Positions 49,518-57,747 of a stretch of 64,000 bases of DNA are shown piece after piece; within the stretch, counting starts at the first letter, position 1; every line of letters starts with the position of its first letter. The DNA lies in contig JAYWGM010000101.1 in NCBI GenBank assembly GCA_043778225.1, forward strand, positions 64,001 through 128,000, written 5' to 3'. The DNA is from Deinococcales bacterium. GTDB lineage: Bacteria > Deinococcota > Deinococci > Deinococcales > JAAFIG01. The notes beneath the pieces were generated by a model, which ran no database searches, was not told the DNA's origin, and saw nothing but the letters and a program-made list of their open reading frames with translations. A program made the position numbers and the translations under genes.

Positions 49518-49615
49518 AGTCAAAGTGGTTTTCGCACACGCCAAGTCAAGTGGTTTTCGCACACGCCAAGTCAAAGTGGTTTTCGCACACGCCAAGTCAA
49601 GTGGTTTTTGCACAC
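49518..49615. repeat. Tandem repeat, alternating 26/25-bp period, about 3.8 copies
   Basis: agtca(a)agtggttttcgcacacgcca at 49518, 49544, 49569, 49595. Confidence 0.95.
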
Positions 49616-49647
49616 ATTATTCTGAGTCCAGCGTGTAGACTGGTTGC

Positions 49648-50790
49648 GTGAGTGACTGGATTAGTACAATACGGCAATCTGTCGGTGGCAATACCCACGC
49701 CGAAATCAATTCTCCTGATGCTGGAATGCTTTTGACCGATAACGAATTGGTCTATATCAATGTCGGTGGGATGCAGCGTGCAAGGCTGGGTGAAATTGCT
49801 AAAGTGGCTCGAGAAAACGGCGAATTGGTGATTTCATCCACCGACCGCCCTTTGATTCGCGGCGCAATTAAAGCCGACAAAGAAACTCTGGCAAATTTCT
49901 TTTCGCAAGTGCGCCAAGTGGCAGCTTGGTCTCGAGAACGCCGCACCGTGATTATGGATTCGCCCAGTGCCACCCCGATGGACTCGAGTTTTGTTGGGCG
50001 CACCCCAGATGGTCTTGTCCGACCCGATTTACCAGACCCAATTGCCGAAATGCCAGTGCCTGTAGCCACTCGCCCAGTGGTGATGGTTGCACCAATCGAG
50101 TCTTTGCCGCCGTTGTTGTCACGTCCAGACCCAACCCAATCTCTGGGTCGTGGTGTCCCGCCAGTACCGCGAATCTCCGACGAAAACTTGATTGCCCAAG
50201 ACCGCCCTCGGGTGGTGGCATCGGTCGCGCCGCGTTTTTCGGAAACTCGGTCCGAGCCTGTGCGGCTCGAGTATGCTGGTTTCTGGGTGCGCTTTGGGGC
50301 ATACTTTATTGATTTAATCGTACTGGGTTTAGCCAGCGGGGTGCTTTCTTTTGTGTTCTCGAGCGGTGATGCTGCCAGTGGTTTAGGCTTGGCTTCGTTT
50401 GCCAACCTGATTTTTACTTGGTTGTACTTTGCTTTTCTCGAGTCTGGCGAACGCCAAGGTACACTGGGCAAAATGGCGTTGGGTCTAACAGTAACAGACA
50501 TGAATCAGCAGCGCATTTCGTTTCTTCATGCCACAGGTCGCTACTTGGCTCGAGCCATTCCAGCCGTGGTGATTGTTTTTGGGGCTTTTTTGACTTTGGG
50601 CGCGGCTGCCCTTGCTTCCGCCCTTTCGTTCAGCAATTCGGGTTCAGTTAGAGCAACACTTGCACCTTTGGTTGGTGGTGCTTTCTTGGCATTGTTGCTT
50701 TTACTTGTGACCTATTTAATGGCGGCGTTTACCGCCAAAAAACAAGCCTTGCACGATTTAATTGCCAGAACCCTGGTCTTAAAAAAATAA
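49648..50790 (+). CDS. RDD-family membrane protein with N-terminal soluble domain
   Basis: YAGFWVRFGAYFID, TLGKMALGL, QALHDLIA.T. Confidence 0.88.
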   Translation: MSDWISTIRQSVGGNTHAEINSPDAGMLLTDNELVYINVGGMQRARLGEIAKVARENGELVISSTDRPLIRGAIKADKETLANFFSQVRQVAAWSRERRTVIMDSPSATPMDSSFVGRTPDGLVRPDLPDPIAEMPVPVATRPVVMVAPIESLPPLLSRPDPTQSLGRGVPPVPRISDENLIAQDRPRVVASVAPRFSETRSEPVRLEYAGFWVRFGAYFIDLIVLGLASGVLSFVFSSGDAASGLGLASFANLIFTWLYFAFLESGERQGTLGKMALGLTVTDMNQQRISFLHATGRYLARAIPAVVIVFGAFLTLGAAALASALSFSNSGSVRATLAPLVGGAFLALLLLLVTYLMAAFTAKKQALHDLIARTLVLKK

Positions 50791-50791
50791 C

Positions 50792-51565
50792 TCAATAGGT
50801 AAAATGCTTAATTTGCTCACCACGAGCGCCAATCTCGGTCATGGCTTCAATCCCAATATCCAAATGCACATCTACCCATTTCTTGGTGACTTCTCTGTCC
50901 GAAGCATCGGTCTTGACTCCATCTGGAGTAATCGGCACATCCGAAACCAGCAACAGCGCCCCTCGAGCAATTTCGTTGTGATGCCCGACAATAAAAATCG
51001 TGGCGGTTTCCATATCGATGCCAATACAGGTTAAGCGTTTGAGCCGCTCGAGAAAATCCAAATCGTGTTCCCAAACCCGCCGATTGGTGGTGTAAATCAC
51101 GCCCGTGCGGTACTCGAGGTTTCGCTCCACAATTTTATCCGAGACAAATTTATGGAGCTTAAAACTTGGTAAAGCGGGGACTTCAGGCGGAAAATAATCG
51201 TTAGAAGTGCCTTCACCACGAATGGCAGCGATTGGCAAAATAAAATTCCCCAGTTCGGTACTGCTTTTTAAGCCGCCGCATTTGCCTAAAAACAATACGC
51301 CTTTGGGCATCCGCGCCGATAGTAAATCCATGACCGTCGCCGCATTGGCACTGCCGATGCCGAAATTGACCATCGTCAAACCAGCGCTGTTGGTACAGGC
51401 TTGCATCGCTTTACCTTCACCGTAAACATCCGCTCCAAAGCGATTAGCAAAACGCGCAACATAGTCGTCAAAATTAGTCAGCAAAATATAATCACCGAAC
51501 ATATCCACGGGCATTCCGGTATAACGCGGCAACCAGTTTTGGGTAATCTCGAGTTTTGATTTCAT
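50792..51565 (-). CDS. amn: AMP nucleosidase
   Basis: NWLPRYTG, GIGSANAAT, LGKCGG, IDMETAT. Confidence 0.9.
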   Translation of the reverse strand: MKSKLEITQNWLPRYTGMPVDMFGDYILLTNFDDYVARFANRFGADVYGEGKAMQACTNSAGLTMVNFGIGSANAATVMDLLSARMPKGVLFLGKCGGLKSSTELGNFILPIAAIRGEGTSNDYFPPEVPALPSFKLHKFVSDKIVERNLEYRTGVIYTTNRRVWEHDLDFLERLKRLTCIGIDMETATIFIVGHHNEIARGALLLVSDVPITPDGVKTDASDREVTKKWVDVHLDIGIEAMTEIGARGEQIKHFTY

Positions 51566-51570
51566 ACACG

Positions 51571-51664
51571 CATCATACTCGAGTCGCAGAGGCACGTCAT
51601 ACTCGAGACCTCAGAGGCACGTCATACTCGAGCAACCAGAGGCACGTCATACTCGAGCAACTAG
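51571..51664. repeat. Tandem repeat, 24-25-bp period, 4 copies, each with CTCGAG
   Basis: tcatactcgag at 51573, 51597, 51622, 51647; cagaggcacg core with a variable 3-4 nt linker. Confidence 0.93.
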
Positions 51665-51698
51665 AATCATTGACACTCGAGCGGTTAGAATACACGCC

Positions 51699-52214
51699 AT
51701 GAACAAGAATGTAATTGGAATTATGGTCGGCGTGGTTGTTCTGGCATTAGGCGCTTTATATGTCTACGTCAGCTTTGGCTCTGGAACGCAAAACTCTGGC
51801 AGCCCCCCATCTATTGTAAGCCCAGAAGCACCTGCTAGTGCGATGTGTGCTGCCCAACCAGCCGCCAACACCAGCCTAAAAGACGCGGATGTAACCGAAC
51901 TCAAAAAAGAAGATGTCAAAGTCGGCACTGGCGCAGAAGCAGTCGCAGGAAAAACCGTGGTGGTGAATTACATCGGGCGATTGGTTGATGGTAAGCAGTT
52001 TGATGCTTCTTGCGACCGCAGCCCCTTTGATTTTCCGCTCGGGGCTGGCGGCGTGATTCAGGGCTGGGACCAAGGCGTGGCGGGAATGAAAGTTGGCGGG
52101 CAACGCCGTTTGATTATTCCCTCGAGCCTAGGCTACGGCGCAGCAGGGGCGGGTTCAGATATTCCACCCAATGCGGCTTTGATTTTTGATGTTGAACTGC
52201 TCGAGGTACGCTGA
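51699..52214 (+). CDS. FKBP-type peptidyl-prolyl isomerase
   Basis: Y.G.L.DG..FD, VIQGWDQG, IP..LGYG, IPPNA.LIFDVELL. Confidence 0.95.
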   Translation: MNKNVIGIMVGVVVLALGALYVYVSFGSGTQNSGSPPSIVSPEAPASAMCAAQPAANTSLKDADVTELKKEDVKVGTGAEAVAGKTVVVNYIGRLVDGKQFDASCDRSPFDFPLGAGGVIQGWDQGVAGMKVGGQRRLIIPSSLGYGAAGAGSDIPPNAALIFDVELLEVR

Positions 52215-52305
52215 ACTCATCCTGCTCGAGGTACGCTGAACTCATCCTGCTCGAGGTACGCTGAACTCATCCTGCTCGAGGTACGCTGAACTCATCCTGC
52301 TCGAG
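52197..52305 (+). repeat. Perfect tandem repeat, 25-bp period, 4.4 copies spanning the FKBP stop
   Basis: ctgctcgaggtacgcTGAactcatc at 52197, 52222, 52247, 52272, plus ctgctcgag at 52297. Confidence 0.97.
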
Positions 52306-52404
52306 ATTTTGCTATAACCTTTGTACCTTTTAACCTTTTGCCCTCTGTTGTCTGCCTAACCGTTTTTGTGTCAAGAGTGTTGCACAATAAGACTCGAGGT
52401 TTCT

Positions 52405-53061
52405 ATGCGTGAAAGAATGTTTAATTTAACCACCCCCGAAGAAGTCAATTTATTTATCTCCGAGAATCCAGCCTGTGCGATTTTCAAAGCTGGAACGTGC
52501 CACAAAACCATGCAGGGTTGGGGCAATATCGAATCGTACCTTAGTCAGCGCCCAGATGTGCCAGTCGGCATCATTCGGGTGGTCGAGGCTCGTCCTGCCA
52601 GCAATCATGTGGCGGATTTAACGGGCATTGTGCATCAGAGTCCGCAGATTATTTTGTTCCGCGACCAAGAAGCCAAATTTGACTTGGACAACTGGAACAT
52701 CACCAAAGAAAACCTCGAGCCAAACCTCGAGAAATTCTTACCGGCTTTGGAGGGCGAAGTGGTGGCAGAAGGTAAGCGCACCAGTTTAGACCCGTACAAG
52801 AACTTAATGGATAAGTATTTAAGTGGTGCGGTTTCCGAAAGTCAATTTCAATGGACTTACTTAGAAATGTTTCGCAACGATGCCAATTTGCGCTCCCAAG
52901 ACGAATTTACACTTTTGGACAGCCTATTTGGCAACCCAGACGAGCATCACATTCACGCTGGGGCAATTGTGCAACTCGAGATGGCGAATCAAAGCACTGG
53001 TGCAGTTGCGCCTCTGCTCGAGCGGGTTGGGATGTTGCGCCAGCAGATGAACGCACTGTAA
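52405..53061 (+). CDS. Monothiol bacilliredoxin BrxC/YtxJ-like protein with C-terminal helical domain
   Basis: IFKAGTCH, R..SN.VA...GIVHQSPQ. Confidence 0.8.
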   Translation: MRERMFNLTTPEEVNLFISENPACAIFKAGTCHKTMQGWGNIESYLSQRPDVPVGIIRVVEARPASNHVADLTGIVHQSPQIILFRDQEAKFDLDNWNITKENLEPNLEKFLPALEGEVVAEGKRTSLDPYKNLMDKYLSGAVSESQFQWTYLEMFRNDANLRSQDEFTLLDSLFGNPDEHHIHAGAIVQLEMANQSTGAVAPLLERVGMLRQQMNAL

Positions 53062-53188
53062 TCAAAAAGCCCCACCCCTACGACAAAGACTATGCTAAAG
53101 GCTCAAGAAGGCTTTCCGAGCCGATTGGCTCGAGGCAATGTGTCTCGAGCTTCATCTTTTTTTTGGTGTTTCGGGGCATACTATAGAA

Positions 53189-54469
53189 ATGCTAAAACGC
53201 TTTTTGATTCTGCTGTGTTTTCTGACCTCGAGCCTCGCTGCTGCCCAAACAGTCCAGTGGACAACCGTAGACCCCAAATTTGCCGCCCTCCCCAATGCCA
53301 AGGCTTTTTTTGGCACTCGAGCTGGTGTTTTTGGTGGGCAGTACGCCTACCGTATCGAAATGCCAGACACGTGGAATGGCGACTTGGTGATGTACGCCCA
53401 CGGTTTTAAGGGGCTTGGTCCAGAATTAAACGCCGACATCATTCCAATTCGGGCTTGGTTTATTCAAAACGGTTACGCTTGGGCAAGCTCGAGTTATAGT
53501 GCCAATGGCTGGGCAGTCCGTCAGGGCGCAGACGACACCAAAGACCTCGCCGAGTTTGTGAGTAGCAGTATCGCCAAGCCAAAACGCACCTTTATTCTTG
53601 GGGCTTCGATGGGTGGCAACGTCATTACCGATAGCCTTGGCAATTTTCCAACCCTCTATGCTGGCGCAATGCCGATTTGTGGCGCTTTGACCGGTCTCGA
53701 GCTATTCGATTACTTTTTATCTTATGCCTTGGTCGGCGAGTACGTCTCGGGGATTAACCTTGTGCCTAGCACCTTAGACCCCGTTTCGTTTTACATTCAA
53801 AAATACTTTGGTGGTTTGCTGCCAACCCTTGGACAACCCAAGGCATACACCGCCAAAGGCTTACAATTTGACAGCATTATTAAAAACTTGTCAGGCGGCG
53901 AACGCCCCTATAGGCTCGAGGGAATGCTTGCCGAAACCGCGCCAAACATCAATTTTTACAGCGCGTGGTTTAGTGGCGGTGGGCTTGGGGTGATTAACCA
54001 CAACACCGATAAACAAGTCACCAGCAACATCGGACTCGAGTACCGCATAGACCCAAATCTGGGCTTAGACAGTGCTACCCTGAACCGTGGCATCAAGCGT
54101 ATCGAAGCCAACCCAGATGTGCGAATTACCGAAGGGCGTTATTGGTATGGCATCCCGAGCGGCAGAATCCTTGTGCCAGTCATGAGTTACCACACCTCAG
54201 GCGATGCTTTTGTGCCGGTCAATATGGAAATTTCGTACCGTAAAAAAGTCGAGGCTCGAGGGCGCGGCGATTTATTGGTGCAGCGTTTGGTACGCCGTCC
54301 GAATCATTGCCAATTTAGCGAAGCCGAACTGATTGAAGGTTTTTCTGATTTGGTGGCATGGGTCAATACGGGCAAAAAACCACGCGGCGACGATTTATTG
54401 GGCGACATCAGCAATGCCGGTCTCGAGTGGACAAAACCGCTTTTGGAAAGCGACCCCGCTAAAAAATAA
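53189..54469 (+). CDS. Secreted alpha/beta hydrolase
   Basis: Signal peptide, WNGDLVMYAHG, GASMGG, D..VP, HCQF. Confidence 0.8.
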   Translation: MLKRFLILLCFLTSSLAAAQTVQWTTVDPKFAALPNAKAFFGTRAGVFGGQYAYRIEMPDTWNGDLVMYAHGFKGLGPELNADIIPIRAWFIQNGYAWASSSYSANGWAVRQGADDTKDLAEFVSSSIAKPKRTFILGASMGGNVITDSLGNFPTLYAGAMPICGALTGLELFDYFLSYALVGEYVSGINLVPSTLDPVSFYIQKYFGGLLPTLGQPKAYTAKGLQFDSIIKNLSGGERPYRLEGMLAETAPNINFYSAWFSGGGLGVINHNTDKQVTSNIGLEYRIDPNLGLDSATLNRGIKRIEANPDVRITEGRYWYGIPSGRILVPVMSYHTSGDAFVPVNMEISYRKKVEARGRGDLLVQRLVRRPNHCQFSEAELIEGFSDLVAWVNTGKKPRGDDLLGDISNAGLEWTKPLLESDPAKK

Positions 54470-54508
54470 TCTGTACTCGTGAGGTCATGACTGGGCTATA
54501 CTCGAGCC

Positions 54509-54799
54509 ATGATCACTGCGATTGTTTTGGTTCGTGCCACTCGAGACAAAATCCCCGAAACTGCCGAGCGATTGGCGGCGCTGCCGCACGTTGCCGAGTG
54601 CTACAGCATTACGGGCGATTGGGACATTGCCTGTATTTTGCGCTTTCCTCATTTTGAGGATTTAGACGAGATCGTGACCCAAGAACTGCGTGGCATTGCT
54701 GGCATCGAACGCACCCAAACGATGTTGGCGTTTAAGGCATACTCCAAGGATTTACTCGACCAGGGTTTTGGGATTGGTATGGACGAAAGCGGCGTATAA
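54509..54799 (+). CDS. Lrp/AsnC ligand-binding-domain protein
   Basis: V.E.YSITGDWD, GIERTQT. Confidence 0.85.
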   Translation: MITAIVLVRATRDKIPETAERLAALPHVAECYSITGDWDIACILRFPHFEDLDEIVTQELRGIAGIERTQTMLAFKAYSKDLLDQGFGIGMDESGV

Positions 54800-54839
54800 G
54801 GCTTGAGCTAAGAAAAACCCGCACTCGAGCAGTGGTGAA

Positions 54840-55271
54840 TTAGCGATTGCGTGGTGCGTGTAAAATTAGGTCGGCTAAAGCTCGTGATGTATTGCTTTGC
54901 ATCTCGAGCCACGCTTGTATTTGCTGCATTTCTTCTGATGGAGCGCTAATCCGAACTTGTTTAGAGATAAAATTCTTCTTTTTTCGTCCAGCCCCCATTC
55001 GGCTACCGCCACGTTTGGGATGCTTGGTATACTCTTTTTGTAACTGCAACCAAAATTCTGCTTTGGCACTGCCCAATTGCTCGAGTCCGTGAGCAATGCT
55101 GGGAGTTATGCCGAGCAGACCGACACAAAGTTGTTGTAGTTCTTGTTTACTGACACCAAAGGTTTTACTGGCTTTACTGGCACTGATTCCAAGGGCTTCG
55201 AGTTCGTCAGCAACCACAAAGCCGGGATGGATAACTCGAGCCGCAGATAGATTATCCGAATAGATTTTCAT
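54840..55271 (-). CDS. higA: HigA antitoxin with C-terminal extension
   Basis: HPG...EL, IT..IA..L, AEFWL.LQ.Y; GGAG RBS. Confidence 0.75.
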   Translation of the reverse strand: MKIYSDNLSAARVIHPGFVVADELEALGISASKASKTFGVSKQELQQLCVGLLGITPSIAHGLEQLGSAKAEFWLQLQKEYTKHPKRGGSRMGAGRKKKNFISKQVRISAPSEEMQQIQAWLEMQSNTSRALADLILHAPRNR

Positions 55272-55278
55272 ATACTCC

Positions 55279-55575
55279 TTAGTGGTAATCCACAATTTCC
55301 AAAATATAAACAATATTGCCGATGTCATCTTGGTGGAGTTCAAAACAGAGTCGAAACTGCTTATTCAGACGAACACTGAATTGTCCCGCCCGATTGCCGA
55401 CCAGTTTTTCGGTTTGTAAACCCTTGATTGCGTAGAAGATTCGTTCATCCGAAGCTGCACTGATAATTTGCATCACAACCAAAAAACGTCTATAAACACT
55501 TTCTGGGAGTGATTCTGCCCCTTTCCCACTTGAGTAGAGTTCCTCGAGCTTGCCATCCTTAAAGGCAAATTTCAC
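55279..55575 (-). CDS. higB: HigB toxin
   Basis: F.D..LE.LY, EKL.G.R.GQFSVRLNKQFRL; start uncertain (55575 or 55620). Confidence 0.85.
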   Translation of the reverse strand: MKFAFKDGKLEELYSSGKGAESLPESVYRRFLVVMQIISAASDERIFYAIKGLQTEKLVGNRAGQFSVRLNKQFRLCFELHQDDIGNIVYILEIVDYH

Positions 55576-55724
55576 TGGCGTAATGTATTTGATTTGCTGA
55601 TTTCTGTCAAGTTTTTTCAAAAATAGAGTTAAAGCAAAACCATCATATCTATTGCCAAGTTGGGTTACGATAAGACCAGTGCGCCTCGAGACTCGAGATG
55701 CTGTTTTTTTATGGAGGAAAAATT

Positions 55725-56648
55725 ATGCCCTTAGTCACAGGTGGAGCAATCCTGACCGCAGCCCGCGCCGGCAAGTATGGCGTTGGGGCTTTCAATACCA
55801 ACAATTTAGAATTCACCCAAGCGATTCTCGAGACGGCAGAAAAACTTAAATCCCCCGTCATTTTGCAGATTTCCGAAGGCGCTCGCAAATACGCTGGCAC
55901 AGAAAATCTGGCACACATGATTGCCGACATGGCAAGCCGTGTCAGTGTGCCGGTCGCCATTCATCAAGACCATGGCTCGAGTCTCGAGATTTGCAAATCG
56001 GCAATTGCGGCAGGTTTTACCAGTGTGATGATTGACGCTTCGCACGACCCATTCGAGGAAAATGTTCGCATCACCAAAGAAGTGGTCGAGTATGCCCATA
56101 GCCACGGTGTGACGGTCGAAGCCGAGCTTGGACGCTTGGGTGGCATCGAAGAACACGTCGATGTCTCGGCAGAGGATGCTTTTTTGACCGACCCAGAAGA
56201 AGCCGCACGGTTTATTGAACTGACTGGCGTGGATTATTTGGCAATTGCCATCGGCACAAGCCACGGCGCATACAAAGGCAAAGGCAGACCATTTATAGAC
56301 CATGCCCGAATCGAAAAAATTGCCAGTTTAACACCGATTCCGTTGGTCATGCACGGCGCTTCCGGTGTGCCACAGTGGTTGACCGACCGTTTTAAGGCTT
56401 CGGGTGGCGAAATTGGCGAAGCGGCTGGCATCCACGATGAAGACTTGGCACGCAGCACCCAGTTTGGCATTGCCAAAGTCAATATCGACACCGATTTACG
56501 ACTGGCTTTTACGACTGCCGTGCGCGAGGTGCTGATGAAAAACCCAGCCGAATTTGACCCGCGTAAAATTCTAGCCCCTGCCAAAGAGATGATGAAAGAA
56601 ATTGCAGCCCACCGAATGCAGGTCTTGGGCAGCGCTGGAAAAGCCTAG
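55725..56648 (+). CDS. fba: Class II fructose-1,6-bisphosphate aldolase
   Basis: GAFN, DHG, SVMIDAS, VEAELG, GTSHGAYK, HGAS, KVNIDTD. Confidence 0.96.
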   Translation: MPLVTGGAILTAARAGKYGVGAFNTNNLEFTQAILETAEKLKSPVILQISEGARKYAGTENLAHMIADMASRVSVPVAIHQDHGSSLEICKSAIAAGFTSVMIDASHDPFEENVRITKEVVEYAHSHGVTVEAELGRLGGIEEHVDVSAEDAFLTDPEEAARFIELTGVDYLAIAIGTSHGAYKGKGRPFIDHARIEKIASLTPIPLVMHGASGVPQWLTDRFKASGGEIGEAAGIHDEDLARSTQFGIAKVNIDTDLRLAFTTAVREVLMKNPAEFDPRKILAPAKEMMKEIAAHRMQVLGSAGKA

Positions 56649-56865
56649 TTTGACCTCATGATTATACAAGCTAAACTCGAGTCAAATTAAAAAACGTGTC
56701 TGAGATAGCTAAAAATCGCTTGACACTAACCCAAGGGTAGACTTAATAATTGTTGTACGAACATCGAGACCTCCCGCTCGATGTTCGCTTTTTTATGCCA
56801 AGCGATTTTGATTGCAAAATTAACCTCGAGTAACCAATCATTTATAGCGTGTTAATCTAAGTGCT

Positions 56866-57747
56866 ATGGAAACACTTATTGGTATAGACCTCGGTGGTAC
56901 GAAAATCGCCGCCGCCGCCGTCCAGAATGGCATCATTGTTGCAAAAGTGGTTGTCCCAACGCCCAAAGATGGGGCGGATAGCGTTTTTGCCGCCATGATT
57001 GAAGCCGCCCAAGAGGTCTTAAAAACCGCGCCAGCCACTCGAGTCGGGGTTGGTGTACCGGGTCCACTGGATTTCAAAAAAGGCGAAATTAAATTCGCGC
57101 CCAATATCAACGGTATGGTCAATGCACCGGTGGTGGCTAAACTGCAAGCTGGTTTAGGCTTACACATCGAACTCGAGAACGATGCCAATGCGGCTGGGCT
57201 TGCCGAACACACCTACGGCGCGGGGCGCGGCGCAAGCTCGAGTTATTTCATCACCATCTCGACTGGTATTGGCGGCGGAATTATTCTCCATAACCGAATC
57301 TGGCGTGGCGCACATGGAATCGCTGGCGAGATTGGTCATGTGATTGCTTTGCCGGGTGGTGTGGTGGCTGGCAGTGGTGTCTCTGGGGCGCTCGAGGCGG
57401 TGGCAAGTGGTACGGCAATGGCTCGAGATGCGAGTTATGCCTTTGCCCGTTCGGTAGATACCCGCGAGCTTTTTGCCATGGCACAGGAAGGCGAATATCG
57501 CGCCTTAAAAATTGTAGACCAGGCGGCTCGTTATATTGGCTGTGCGATTGCCGATGTTCAAAAAAACCTCGACCCGGAAGTCTTTGTGTTGGGTGGCGGG
57601 GTTGCCGAAGTCGGCGAATTCTTTTTGGGTAAAATTCGAGCGGTGGCGATTGCCGAAGCTCGAGGTTTTGCTGTGCCGATTATCCATAAAGCAGTTTTAG
57701 GCAGCGATGCTGGCGTGATTGGCGCGGCATTAGCGGCTCGAGAATAA
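56866..57747 (+). CDS. glk: ROK-family sugar kinase (glucokinase)
   Basis: GIDLGGTK, ENDANAA, TGIGGG, GEIGH. Confidence 0.85.
   Translation: METLIGIDLGGTKIAAAAVQNGIIVAKVVVPTPKDGADSVFAAMIEAAQEVLKTAPATRVGVGVPGPLDFKKGEIKFAPNINGMVNAPVVAKLQAGLGLHIELENDANAAGLAEHTYGAGRGASSSYFITISTGIGGGIILHNRIWRGAHGIAGEIGHVIALPGGVVAGSGVSGALEAVASGTAMARDASYAFARSVDTRELFAMAQEGEYRALKIVDQAARYIGCAIADVQKNLDPEVFVLGGGVAEVGEFFLGKIRAVAIAEARGFAVPIIHKAVLGSDAGVIGAALAARE

Noticed and set aside
51571..52305. Tandem arrays as CRISPR or mini-CRISPR
   Set aside because: No unique spacers of 25-40 nt, no shared repeat sequence between arrays, and no cas genes in the window.
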